A stretch of 24,000 bases of DNA from positions 323,672 to 347,671 of the forward strand of contig NZ_JBHTCM010000010.1 in NCBI RefSeq assembly GCF_042665545.1, in the 5' to 3' direction. This DNA comes from Rhodocista pekingensis (GTDB lineage Bacteria > Pseudomonadota > Alphaproteobacteria > Azospirillales > Azospirillaceae). The notes below the pieces were generated by a model. That model saw only the letters and a program-made list of their open reading frames with translations, had not been told where the DNA came from and searched no databases. The number at the start of each line of letters is the position of its first letter. The stretch's first letter is position 1. Shown here in pieces: positions 1 to 8,804 of the stretch. A program made the position numbers and the translations under genes.

Positions 1-419
1 AGGGCCGGCGTGCCGATCGCGCGGTGCAGGGCCTGCGCCTCCGCCCGCACGGCCTCCGGCACCGGGGGAATGTCCGCCAGCCCGTCGGTCAGCGCGCGGA
101 GATAGAGGCCGGTGCCGCCGACCACGACGGGCACCCGCCCGGCCGCGTGGGCGGCGGCGATCTCCGCCAGGGCGAGGTCGCGCCAGCGCGCCGCGCTCAT
201 CCGCTCCGACGGCGGCACGACGCCGTAGAGACGGTGCGGGAGCCGCGCCTCCTCGGCCACGGAGGGGCGCGCCGTCAGCACCCGCAGCCCGTCATAGAGC
301 TGCATGCTGTCGGCGTTGACGACGGTGCCGGACAGCCGCCCGGCGAGGTCCGCCGCCAGGGCGGACTTGCCGCCGGCCGTGGGGCCGCCGATCAGGAGGA
401 CGGGTCGGGTCGCGGGCAC
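1..419 (-). CDS. miaA: tRNA dimethylallyltransferase (MiaA), N-terminal part; the gene runs off the left window edge
   Basis: Absent from the ORF track because it is edge-truncated. My manual minus-strand translation from GTG at 419-417 gives [63 protein letters not shown]. This has the P-loop GGPTAGGKS plus the DSMQ-Y / PHHL-type motifs typical of MiaA. An in-frame ATG at 497 is an alternative start. Confidence 0.8.
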   Translation of the reverse strand, partial: MPATRPVLLIGGPTAGGKSALAADLAGRLSGTVVNADSMQLYDGLRVLTARPSVAEEARLPHRLYGVVPPSERMSAARWRDLALAEIAAAHAAGRVPVVVGGTGLYLRALTDGLADIPPVPEAVRAEAQALHRAIGTPA

Positions 420-567
420 GGGGATCGATCCTGGGTCCGGTACGGGGGCGGTGGAAGCGTCAAGCTGCCGCTCTTTATCACAGCCCGGTGGTGGCATGGG
501 TCCGCTTCGGGCCGCGTTTGTACCCGGTCAGATCGCCGACGGGCGACGGTATCGGGGCGGAGCACGC

Positions 568-1740
568 ATGCGGGATCTCAGGATCGACTTCTTCCGCGGA
601 CTCGCGCTGTGCGCCATCTTCCTGAACCATGTGCCCACCCCGGCGACGCTCCTGACCTGGCGGGCCTACGGGTTCTCGGACGCGGCCGACCTGTTCGTCT
701 TCCTGGCGGGGTTCAGTGCCGCGCTGGCCTGGTCGCAGGGGTTCCTGAAGGACGGGCTGTCCGCCTCGCTGAAGGCGGCCCGCCGGGCCTTCGTGCTCTA
801 CAAGGCGCATCTCTGCATCGTCGCGGCCCTGCTGGCGGTGGCGCTGCTTACCGTGCGGCTGACGGGCGACGCGGCGGTGCTGGACTGGATGGCCCTGGAG
901 CATCTGGCCCGCGACCCGGTGGACGGCTGGCTGCGGGTAGCGACCCTGAGCTACCTGCCGACCTATGGCGACATCCTGCCGATGTACGTGGTCTTCATCG
1001 GCGGGCTGGCGCTGCTGGGACCGCTGATCGTGCGCCAGCCGGCGGCGGCGCTGCTGCTGTCCGTGCTGCTCTGGCTGGTGGCGGGACGCTACGGGCTGGC
1101 CCCGGCCGGCCGGCCCGACGGCGAGGCGTGGTTCTTCAACCCGTTCTGCTGGCAGCTCCTGTTCGTGCTCGGATTCGTGCTGGGCCAGCGCGCCCGCCGC
1201 GGCGTGGCGCTGCCGCGGCATCCCCTGCTGGCCGCCGCGGCGGCAGCCGTGGTGCTCTATGCCTTCCTGGCGGTCTCGCCCTGGCAGCGTTTCGGATACG
1301 CGCCCGGATTCGTGCTGTTCGATCCGGACCTGCTGCCGCCGCACGGCAAATCCATGCTGGAGATCGGGCGGCTGCTGCATTTCCTGGCCCTGGCCTATCT
1401 CTGCGCCTGGGCGATCCCGCCGCAGGCCCGCTGGCTGAGCCGCGGTCCGGCGGCGCTGTTCCTGCTGATGGGCCGGCACTCGCTGCCCGTCTTCTCCGTC
1501 GGCATCGTCCTGTCCACGGTCTGGACGGTGCTGGTGGTGGCGACGCCGACCACCCCGGGGCTGGAGGTCGTCTTCGCCCTGTCGGGCCTGCCGATCCTGG
1601 TCGCCGTCGCCCTGATGCGGGAGCTGGACGCGCGGCAGGAGGCAGGCGCGGCAGAGGCCGGTCCGGGAACGGCAGCCCCGGGACCGGCGATCCCGACGCC
1701 GGCCGGCCAGAGGATGACCGGCCGGGCGGCGGTGGCGTGA
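568..1740 (+). CDS. OpgC-like integral membrane protein (acyltransferase-3 / OpgC family)
   Basis: Inner ATG at 568 of ORF 304..1740. The N-terminus MRDLRIDFFRGLALCAIFLNHVP is the hallmark opening of OpgC-family proteins as I remember them. The rest is multi-pass hydrophobic and ends in an Ala/Pro-rich tail. High GC3. Confidence 0.65.
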   Translation: MRDLRIDFFRGLALCAIFLNHVPTPATLLTWRAYGFSDAADLFVFLAGFSAALAWSQGFLKDGLSASLKAARRAFVLYKAHLCIVAALLAVALLTVRLTGDAAVLDWMALEHLARDPVDGWLRVATLSYLPTYGDILPMYVVFIGGLALLGPLIVRQPAAALLLSVLLWLVAGRYGLAPAGRPDGEAWFFNPFCWQLLFVLGFVLGQRARRGVALPRHPLLAAAAAAVVLYAFLAVSPWQRFGYAPGFVLFDPDLLPPHGKSMLEIGRLLHFLALAYLCAWAIPPQARWLSRGPAALFLLMGRHSLPVFSVGIVLSTVWTVLVVATPTTPGLEVVFALSGLPILVAVALMRELDARQEAGAAEAGPGTAAPGPAIPTPAGQRMTGRAAVA

Positions 1741-1816
1741 CGGCACTTTCGGCCATGGACTTTGCGCGGCCCTGACCGCATAACGGCGGCGCCCCCTCCT
1801 TCCGGAGTTGCCGCGC

Positions 1817-2716
1817 ATGACCCATGTCCTGACCCTGGTCTCCTCCCCGACCGAGCCGGCGCTGGACGACGTCGCCGCCCGCGCCGCCCGCACGGCGTTG
1901 CAGGACCTGGGAGCTTCAGCCTCGCCGCCGGACTGGCTGGCGCCGGGCGTGGCCTGCGACATCGGTTTCGACGGGCTGGACGCCGACCAAGCGCAGGCAG
2001 CGGCGGCGCAGGCCCTGTCCGGCCTGCCGCTGGACGTCATCGCGCAGCCCGTGGAGGGCCGCCGCAAGGCCGTGCTGGTGGCGGACATGGAGTCCACCAT
2101 CATCCGGCAGGAGATGCTGGACGAGCTGGGCGATCTGGTCGGCGCCCGCGACCGGATCGCCGCCATCACCCAGCGCGCCATGAACGGGGAGATCGACTTC
2201 CGCGGTGCCCTGCGCGAGCGGGTGGCGCTGCTGGCGGGGCTGCCCGCCGGCGTGATGGCGGACATGATCGGCCGCATCACCCTGATGCCCGGGGCGGCGG
2301 CGCTGGTGGCGACGCTGCACCGGAACGGCGTCTACTGCGCGCTGGTGTCGGGCGGGTTCAAGGTCTTCACCGACCATGTCCGCGATCTGCTGGGCTTCGA
2401 CGAGGACCAGGCGAACGATCTGGAGGTGGCGGACGGCAAGCTGACCGGCCGGCCGGTCGAGCCGATCCTGGACAAGGATGCCAAGCTCCAGGCCCTGACC
2501 CGGGTCGCCACCGCCCGGCGGGTGCCGCTGTCCGCGACGCTGACGGTAGGCGACGGGGCGAACGACCTGCCGATGCTCCAGGCCTCGGGTCTGGGGATCG
2601 CGTTCCATGCCAAGCCCACCGTGGCGGCGCAGGCACGGGCCCGGGTGGACCACGGCGACCTGACGGCCCTGCTGTTCGCCCAGGGCTACCGCTCGACGGA
2701 GATCGCGGGCCGCTGA
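1817..2716 (+). CDS. serB: phosphoserine phosphatase SerB (HAD superfamily)
   Basis: HAD motifs are present: LVADMESTIIRQE (DxxST-type motif I), VSGGF, and GDGANDLPMLQASGLGIAFHAKP. GGAG lies 9 nt before the ATG at 1817 (the ORF track starts at TTG 1808). It sits divergent to miaA, a common arrangement. Confidence 0.85.
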   Translation: MTHVLTLVSSPTEPALDDVAARAARTALQDLGASASPPDWLAPGVACDIGFDGLDADQAQAAAAQALSGLPLDVIAQPVEGRRKAVLVADMESTIIRQEMLDELGDLVGARDRIAAITQRAMNGEIDFRGALRERVALLAGLPAGVMADMIGRITLMPGAAALVATLHRNGVYCALVSGGFKVFTDHVRDLLGFDEDQANDLEVADGKLTGRPVEPILDKDAKLQALTRVATARRVPLSATLTVGDGANDLPMLQASGLGIAFHAKPTVAAQARARVDHGDLTALLFAQGYRSTEIAGR

Positions 2717-2762
2717 GCCGTCCCCTCCGGCAGGGCCGGACGGAAGGCGGACAGGAAAGAAG

Positions 2763-2796
2763 AAGGCCGCCGTCCTGGCAGGGACGGCGGCCTTTT
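2763..2796. terminator. bidirectional rho-independent terminator between the convergent serB and degP genes
   Basis: Perfect 13-bp stem AAGGCCGCCGTCC (2763-2775) / GGACGGCGGCCTT (2782-2794) with a 6-nt loop. A T-run follows on the plus strand (ccttttcc) and a T-rich stretch follows on the minus strand (CTTCTTCTTTCC). Confidence 0.6.
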
Positions 2797-2828
2797 CCAT
2801 GTCCGGCCCGAGGGGCGGACGGAGGAGA

Positions 2829-4376
2829 TCACTCCTCCGTCAGCGGAACCGCCTGGAACAGCAGCTCGCCGCGGCGCTCGATCAGCAGCAGCAGGGCCTT
2901 CTGGCCGGCATCGCGGGCCTTCTTGACCCGGGCGGCGACATCGGCGGGCGATCCGACCTCCTCCTGGCTGACCTCGACGATGACGTCGCCGGCGCGGAGC
3001 TGGCGGGCCGCGGCGGGGCTGTTCGGCACCACCTGGGTGATGACCACGCCCTTCACATCCTCGTCCAGTTCGAACTGGCGGCGCACCTCCGGCGAGATCG
3101 TCGTGACGGAGACACCCACGCCGTCGATCGCCTCCGGCTTGCCCGGGGCCGCCTCGTCACGGCCGGGCACGTTGGCGAGCTGGACGTCCTGCGGCTGCAA
3201 CTCGCCCAGCATCACCTGCACCGTCTCGCGCTTGCCACGGCGGATCAGCTCGACCGGGACCTTCTTGCCGACCGGCGTGTCCGCGACCATGCGCGGCAGC
3301 GACCGGCTGTTCGTCACCTCCCGGCCGTCGAAGCTGAGGATCACGTCGCCCGGCTGCACGCCGGCCTTCTCCGCCGGGCCGCCGGGATTGACCATGCCGA
3401 CCAGCGCACCCTTGGCCTCCGGCAGGCGCAGGGCCTCCGCCTCTTCCGGCGAGATGTTCTGGATCTGCACGCCCAGCCAGCCGCGGCGGACCTTGCCGGA
3501 CTCGCGGAGCTGCGCGATCACGTTCTTCGCCATGGCGGACGGAATGGCGAAGCCGATGCCGATCGAGCCGCCGGTCTGCGAGAAGATGGCGGTGTTGATG
3601 CCGATCACGTCGCCCGACAGATTGACCAGCGGACCACCGGAGTTGCCGCGGTTGATCGAGGCGTCGGTCTGGAGGAAGTCGTCATAGCGGCCGGCCCCGA
3701 TGTCGCGGGCCCGGGCCGAGATGATGCCCGCCGTGACGGAACCGCCCAGGCCGAACGGGTTGCCGATGGCGACGACCCAGTCACCGACACGGATCTTCTC
3801 GCTGTCGCCCCAGGTCAGCGCGGGCAGCTTGCGGCCGGCATCCACCTTCAGCAGCGCGAGGTCCGTCTCCTTGTCCACGCCGACGACCTCGGCCTTCAGC
3901 TCGGTCCCCGCCTGATCGTGCAGGATCACGCGGATCTCGTCGGCCCCGTCGATGACGTGGTTGTTCGTCACGACATAGCCGGCCGCGTCGATGATGAAGC
4001 CGGAGCCGAGCGAGGTGGCGCGGCGCGGCGGCGTGTTCGGGTCCTGCTGCGGCTGCTGGCGGTCGAAGAAGTCCCGGAAGAACTCCTCGAAGGGGGAGCC
4101 GGGCGGGAACTCGGGCATCGGCACCGGCGAGCGGCCCCGGTTCTGCACCGTCTGCGTCGTCGAGACGTTGACCACGGCCGGCAGGATGCGCTCCGCCAGG
4201 GGGGCGAAGCTCTCGGGCGCCCCCCGTTGGGCCAGGGCCGGCGGCGCGGCGACCATCACCGCCGCCAGCGGCAGCAGAAGCAGCCAGGCGATCCAGCGGC
4301 GTGCCTGGACGCCCGCGCCGGCGGCATCGGGCCGGCCGGAACGGGAGCGAACGGGTTGGGTCACGGGTAGGGTCAC
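2829..4376 (-). CDS. degP: periplasmic serine endoprotease, DegP/HtrA (Do) family, with two PDZ domains
   Basis: Signal-like N-terminus (WIAWLLLLPLAAVMVAAPPALAQ). Catalytic motifs are present: VVTNNHVIDGA (His), DLALLKV (Asp), GNSGGPLVNLSGDVIGINTAI (Ser). GTG start at 4376 is preceded by AAGGAG 8 nt upstream. Confidence 0.9.
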   Translation of the reverse strand: MTLPVTQPVRSRSGRPDAAGAGVQARRWIAWLLLLPLAAVMVAAPPALAQRGAPESFAPLAERILPAVVNVSTTQTVQNRGRSPVPMPEFPPGSPFEEFFRDFFDRQQPQQDPNTPPRRATSLGSGFIIDAAGYVVTNNHVIDGADEIRVILHDQAGTELKAEVVGVDKETDLALLKVDAGRKLPALTWGDSEKIRVGDWVVAIGNPFGLGGSVTAGIISARARDIGAGRYDDFLQTDASINRGNSGGPLVNLSGDVIGINTAIFSQTGGSIGIGFAIPSAMAKNVIAQLRESGKVRRGWLGVQIQNISPEEAEALRLPEAKGALVGMVNPGGPAEKAGVQPGDVILSFDGREVTNSRSLPRMVADTPVGKKVPVELIRRGKRETVQVMLGELQPQDVQLANVPGRDEAAPGKPEAIDGVGVSVTTISPEVRRQFELDEDVKGVVITQVVPNSPAAARQLRAGDVIVEVSQEEVGSPADVAARVKKARDAGQKALLLLIERRGELLFQAVPLTEE

Positions 4377-4542
4377 GTGGGGGTCTCCTTGGCACCTCGA
4401 AATGGCCGCACCGTCCCCGCGAACGGGCGCGGCCGCCCGGCATCCGGCTGTCCCGGCCGTGCCGGACGCCGCAGCGCGAACGCTAAATATAAGCTGCGAC
4501 GGAATTGTGGCGAAGCTTTCCTTGACCGTCGGGGCAAAGAAA

Positions 4543-4725
4543 TCAGCCGCGGATCACCCAGACGATCCCGACGCCCACCGTCATCGCCACCAGTCCCGCC
4601 AGCCGCAGATACCCCGCGGGCGTCTCCAGGGCGATGGCGGCCATCTCCTTCATGCCGTCGGGGGCCAAGGCATAGAGCAGCCCCTCGATCACAAGCACCA
4701 GTGCCAGGGCTGTCATCAGGTCGGT
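4543..4725 (-). CDS. small membrane protein, DUF2065 family
   Basis: (V)TDLMTALALVLVIEGLLYALAPDGMKEMAAIALETPAGYLRLAGLVAMTVGVGIVWVIRG matches the DUF2065 pattern I remember (ALALVLVIEG...P). It occupies the usual slot between hflC and degP. GTG at 4725 has GAGG 5 nt upstream; ATG at 4716 is an alternative start. Confidence 0.6.
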   Translation of the reverse strand, partial: TDLMTALALVLVIEGLLYALAPDGMKEMAAIALETPAGYLRLAGLVAMTVGVGIVWVIRG

Positions 4726-4784
4726 CACGGGCAACCTCGACGGAAGGACGGGGACTCGACGGAAGCGGCTCTGCCGGAACAAGA

Positions 4785-4816
4785 AAGGCCGGACCGGTTT
4801 CCTCCGGTCCGGCCTT
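4785..4816 (-). terminator. hairpin terminator/attenuator downstream of hflC
   Basis: Perfect 13-bp stem AAGGCCGGACCGG (4785-4797) / CCGGTCCGGCCTT (4804-4816). On the minus strand it is followed by TCTTGTTCC. Confidence 0.5.
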
Positions 4817-4854
4817 GCCGGTCAAGCGGTCAGGGCCGCCTGCGGCCGTGTGAC

Positions 4855-5784
4855 TTACTGGGCCTGCGCCTTGCCGGCCGGGGCGGGCTCGGCGCGGGTC
4901 CGCTGGGTCGCGCCGTTGCCGAGCACGCCCATGCTGTCGAAGAAGCGGAAGAAGTCGTTGTCGGGGGACAGCACCAGCGCGGTGTTGTCCTGGCGCAGCG
5001 CCTGCCGGTAGGCCTCCAGCGAGCGGTAGAACTGGTAGAACTCCGGGTTCCGGGCACCGGCGTCGGCCAGGATGCGGATGGCCTGGTTGTCGCCCTCGCC
5101 GCGCAGGACCTGCGCATCGCGCTGGGCCTCGGCGAGGATGACGGTGCGCTCGCGTTCCGCCCGCGAGCGGATCTGCTGCGCCTGCTCCTGACCCTGGGCG
5201 CGGGCCTCGCGGGCCTCACGCTCGCGTTCGGAGCGCATGCGCTCGAACACGGCCTGGGAGGTGGCCTCCGGCAGGTCGGCCCGGCGGATGCGGACATCGA
5301 CGATCTCGATGCCGAAACGCTGCGCCTCCTGGTTCACCTGGGTGCGGATGTCGGTCATGACGCGGGCGCGCTCCTCGGAGAGGACGGCGAGCAGCGTCAC
5401 GTTGCCGAGCACGCGGCGCAGGGCGGAGTTCACCACCGCCGAGAGCCGGGTTTCCGCGTTCGCCTCCGTCCCCACCGACTGGTAGAAGCGCAGCGGGTCG
5501 GCGATGCGGTAGCGGGCGAAAGCGTCCACCTCCAGCCGCTTCTGGTCGGCCAGGATGACCTGTTCCACCGGCGGGTCGATGTCGAGCACCCGGCGGTCGA
5601 TCATCACCACGTTCTGCACGAACGGGACCTTCACGTTCAGCCCCGGCTTCTGCACCGTCCGCTTCCATTCGCCGAACTGGAGCACCAGGGCCTGCTGCGT
5701 CTGATGGACGGTGAACAGGGAGGCGCTGCCGACCACGGCCAGGATGAGGACGAGGACGCCGAGAATCACCAATCGCTTGCTCAT
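4855..5784 (-). CDS. hflC: FtsH protease modulator HflC (SPFH/band-7)
   Basis: MSKRLVILGVLVLILAVVGSASLFTVHQTQQALVLQFGE... then an SPFH core and a coiled Arg/Glu-rich region. It lies immediately downstream of hflK. Confidence 0.9.
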   Translation of the reverse strand: MSKRLVILGVLVLILAVVGSASLFTVHQTQQALVLQFGEWKRTVQKPGLNVKVPFVQNVVMIDRRVLDIDPPVEQVILADQKRLEVDAFARYRIADPLRFYQSVGTEANAETRLSAVVNSALRRVLGNVTLLAVLSEERARVMTDIRTQVNQEAQRFGIEIVDVRIRRADLPEATSQAVFERMRSEREREAREARAQGQEQAQQIRSRAERERTVILAEAQRDAQVLRGEGDNQAIRILADAGARNPEFYQFYRSLEAYRQALRQDNTALVLSPDNDFFRFFDSMGVLGNGATQRTRAEPAPAGKAQAQ

Positions 5785-5794
5785 GGGCGTCCTC

Positions 5795-6940
5795 CTACTG
5801 GCGCGGCTGGGCCGGCTGCGTCTGACCGGGCTGGCGTTGCAGCAGCTCGTTCAGCGGCAGATAGGGCAGCACGCCCTGACCCCCCGACTTGCCGTCGATG
5901 ATGATCTTGTTGGTCCCGGACATCACCTCCTGCATCGTCTCCAGATACATGCGGCGGGCCGTGACCTCCGGCGCCTTGGCATAGGCCTCCAGCACCGAGA
6001 TGAAGCGCTGCGCGTCACCCTGGGCCAGATTGACGACCTGCTCACGGTAGGCCGAGGCCTCCTGGATCAGGCGTTCCGCCTCACCGCGGGCACGCGGGAT
6101 GATGTCGTTGCGGTAACCTTCCGCCTCGTTGCGCAGGCGCTCTCGGTCCTGCCGGGCGCGCTGCACGTCATTGAAGGCGTCCACCACCGGCGAGGGCGGG
6201 TCCACCTTCTGGAGCTGCACCTGCGTGATCTCGATGCCGGCCTGATACTCGTCCAGCATGGCCTGGAGCAGGCCGCGGGTGGACACCTCGATCTCCTGCC
6301 GCGCCTCGGTCAGCGCCGGCTGGATGTCGGTGCGGCCGATCACCTCGCGCATCGCGCTCTCGGCGGCCTTCTTCACGGTCGCCTCGGGGTCGCGGATGTT
6401 GAACAGGTAGGCCCCGGCGTCCTTGATCAGCCAGAACACCGTGAAATCGATGTCGATGATGTTCTCGTCACCGGTGAGCATCAGGCTCTCATCGACCACG
6501 TCGCCGCCGGCACGGCGGCCGTCCGCGACGGAGCGGTAGCCGATCTCGATGCGGTTCACGCGCGTGACCTTCGGCGTCAGCGCCGTCTCGATCGGCGCCG
6601 GGAAATGCCAACGCAGGCCGGGCTGGTCGGTGCGGACGAACTCGCCGAAGCGGAGAACCACACCCTGCTCGTCCTGCTGCACCCGGTAGATGCCGCTCGC
6701 CACCCACAGCAGGGCGACGACGAAGATGGCCAGCGCGATGCCCTTGCCACTGCCGAAACCACCCGGAACCATGCGCTTGAACCTGTCCTGGCTCCTGCGC
6801 AGCAGGTCCTCCAGATCGGGACCCTGGGGATTGGAGCCACCGCCCCCGCCGCCCGGACGCCCCCACGGGCTGTTCCCGCCGCCTCCCGGAGGCGGTCCCC
6901 ACGGACCACCGCCACCACCACTTTGATTGTTCCAGGGCAT
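5795..6940 (-). CDS. hflK: FtsH protease modulator HflK (SPFH/band-7)
   Basis: Inner ATG at 6940 gives MPWNNQSGGGGGPWGPPPGGGG..., the typical Gly-rich HflK N-terminus. A TM segment follows, then an SPFH core (GIYRVQQDEQGVVLRFGEF...). The longer 590-aa ORF in the track over-extends upstream. Confidence 0.9.
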   Translation of the reverse strand: MPWNNQSGGGGGPWGPPPGGGGNSPWGRPGGGGGGSNPQGPDLEDLLRRSQDRFKRMVPGGFGSGKGIALAIFVVALLWVASGIYRVQQDEQGVVLRFGEFVRTDQPGLRWHFPAPIETALTPKVTRVNRIEIGYRSVADGRRAGGDVVDESLMLTGDENIIDIDFTVFWLIKDAGAYLFNIRDPEATVKKAAESAMREVIGRTDIQPALTEARQEIEVSTRGLLQAMLDEYQAGIEITQVQLQKVDPPSPVVDAFNDVQRARQDRERLRNEAEGYRNDIIPRARGEAERLIQEASAYREQVVNLAQGDAQRFISVLEAYAKAPEVTARRMYLETMQEVMSGTNKIIIDGKSGGQGVLPYLPLNELLQRQPGQTQPAQPRQ

Positions 6941-7085
6941 GTCAGAAGACCCTTCGGTTCCATCGCTTTCCCGGCTCGGGCGCTTTCCCACGCCCCGCGG
7001 CCACCGTATATAGACGGGCGACGGCAGGGAAGGCCCTCGGTCGGGAGTGCCTGCCAATATTGGGAAGGGGTGGGAGTTTTCAACC

Positions 7086-8234
7086 ATGGCCGAGGTTACC
7101 GAGGCACAAGTCCTGGCAGCGCTGGGCACGGTAAAAGACCCGGACCGGGGCACGGACATCGTCAGTCTCGGCATGATTTCGGGTCTGGCCATCAAGGATG
7201 GCAACGTGGGTTTCTCAATCGAGGTCGACCCGCGGCGCGGACCGGCGCTTGAGCCGCTGAGACAGGCCGCAGAAAAGGCCGTGGACAGGCTTGCGGGAGT
7301 ACTTTCGGTGACCGCGGTGCTGACTGCGCACCGTCCCGCCCCGCAAATGCAGGGCGGGGCGCAGGCCGCCCCCGGACCCGCCGCCAACTCCGCTCCCCGC
7401 GCTGCCGCGCCGAAGCCCGCCCAGCCGAAGCCCGCGGTGCCGGGGGTGCGCGCCATCGTCGCGGTCGCCTCCGGCAAGGGCGGGGTGGGCAAGTCCACCA
7501 CGGCCGTCAATCTCGCACTCGCGCTGGCCGCCCGCGGGCTGCGCATCGGGCTGCTGGACGCGGACATCTACGGCCCGTCGCTGCCCCGCCTGATGGGGCT
7601 GTCGGGCCGCCCGCCCGCCCGCGACGGCCGCACGCTGGAACCGCTGACGGGTCACGGCGTCAAGGTCATGTCCATGGGCTTCCTGGTGGCCGAGGACACG
7701 CCGATGATCTGGCGCGGTCCCATGGTGCAGAGCGCCATCCAGCAGATGCTGCGCGACGTGGCCTGGGGCGAGCTGGACGTGCTGGTGGTGGACATGCCGC
7801 CCGGCACCGGCGACGCCCAGCTCACGCTCGCCCAGCAGGTGCCGCTGGCGGGGGCGGTGATCGTCTCCACCCCGCAGGACATCGCCCTGCTGGACGCCCG
7901 CAAGGGGCTGAACATGTTCCGCCGGGTGGACGTGCCCGTGCTCGGCATCGTCGAGAACATGAGCTATTTCTGCTGCCCGAACTGCGGCCACCGCTCCGAC
8001 ATCTTCGGTCATGGCGGCGCCCGCGCCGAGGCCGGGCGGCTGGGCGTGGATTTCCTGGGCGAGATCCCGCTGGACATCGCCATCCGGGAGACCAGCGACG
8101 GCGGCACCCCGATCGTCGCCGTGGCACCCGACGGCGCCCACGCCGGGGCCTACCGTGCCATCGCGGAGACGGTCTGGCAGAAGGTCTCCGGCGAGGGCGG
8201 CCGCCGCGCGGCGCCGCGCATCGTCATCGAGTAG
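7086..8234 (+). CDS. apbC: Fe-S cluster carrier ATPase Mrp/ApbC (N-terminal DUF59-like domain + ParA-type ATPase)
   Basis: MAEVTEAQVLAALGTVKDPDRGTDIVSLGMISGL (MIP18/DUF59-like), a Pro/Ala linker, the deviant Walker A VASGKGGVGKSTTAVNLA, and the CPNCGHRSDIFGHGG motif. GGGAG lies 9 nt before the ATG at 7086. Confidence 0.9.
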   Translation: MAEVTEAQVLAALGTVKDPDRGTDIVSLGMISGLAIKDGNVGFSIEVDPRRGPALEPLRQAAEKAVDRLAGVLSVTAVLTAHRPAPQMQGGAQAAPGPAANSAPRAAAPKPAQPKPAVPGVRAIVAVASGKGGVGKSTTAVNLALALAARGLRIGLLDADIYGPSLPRLMGLSGRPPARDGRTLEPLTGHGVKVMSMGFLVAEDTPMIWRGPMVQSAIQQMLRDVAWGELDVLVVDMPPGTGDAQLTLAQQVPLAGAVIVSTPQDIALLDARKGLNMFRRVDVPVLGIVENMSYFCCPNCGHRSDIFGHGGARAEAGRLGVDFLGEIPLDIAIRETSDGGTPIVAVAPDGAHAGAYRAIAETVWQKVSGEGGRRAAPRIVIE

Positions 8235-8387
8235 CCGGCGCCGGCACGGCTTCTGCCCCGCGCGGGCCGTCCCGCCCGGAAGAGGTGCGGCGCATTGCTG
8301 CGCTGCGTTCAGGTTTTAAGATTATTCCTTTCTCCGGATGGCGCGTTTTGGTACGAAAGATGCGCCATCCGCCCGAGGCTCCCGATC

Positions 8388-8684
8388 ATGGCCCAGAGCA
8401 ACCCGATCCTCGTCGCCTATGCGTTCCGTGACGGGGCGCATTCCTTCCGTACCGACGATCCCCGCACGGGAGAGATCGCGGTGGCGCACGGGGTGCCGGA
8501 GATCGCCTACGAACAGGTCACCCGCACCCTGACGGAACGGGTGTCCGGCACGCTGGGCCGCACCGCCCAGGCGCGCCCCGCCCTGCCCTTCAAGGAATTC
8601 TGGACATGGTTGCAGATGAATCCCATCGCGGCCATGCCCAATGCCCCCTGCCACGTGGAGTTCGCGTGGGAGATCCGGGGCTGA
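8388..8684 (+). CDS. hypothetical small protein (98 aa); no family recognised
   Basis: ATG at 8388 inside ORF 8295..8684. GC3 is host-like, and the gene sits between a candidate promoter plus leader hairpin upstream and a good terminator downstream. No motif I can name. Confidence 0.45.
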   Translation: MAQSNPILVAYAFRDGAHSFRTDDPRTGEIAVAHGVPEIAYEQVTRTLTERVSGTLGRTAQARPALPFKEFWTWLQMNPIAAMPNAPCHVEFAWEIRG

Positions 8685-8754
8685 CGCCCGCCCGTCTGCG
8701 GGGTGGGCGTCGGGCCGGATAGTTTCGACTGTCCTGGTTAGAGCAACCTCGCAA

Positions 8755-8790
8755 CGCCCGGACCCGACAGAGGGTCCGGGCGCTCTTTTC
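8755..8790 (+). terminator. rho-independent terminator after the 98-aa gene (may also serve the convergent lyase gene)
   Basis: 11-bp stem CGCCCGGACCC (8755-8765) / GGGTCCGGGCG (8772-8782), 6-nt loop, then CTCTTTTCC. Confidence 0.55.
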
Positions 8791-8804
8791 CGGCTCACCG
8801 CGCC

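Noticed and set aside
7054-7063. The perfect palindrome CCAATATTGG upstream of apbC, and the similar GTGCCTATATTGGGG upstream of ssrA, as a shared regulator site.
   Set aside because: These most likely just reflect the alphaproteobacterial -10 consensus (C-T/A-ATAT) in two housekeeping promoters. Two occurrences are not enough to claim a regulon motif.
8700-8790. A tRNA-like D-loop string TGGTTAGAGCA (8735-8745), suggesting a tRNA gene or att remnant.
   Set aside because: There is no matching D-stem (no GCTC upstream), no GTTCRANYC T-loop and no acceptor-stem pairing. The adjacent hairpin is better explained as a terminator.
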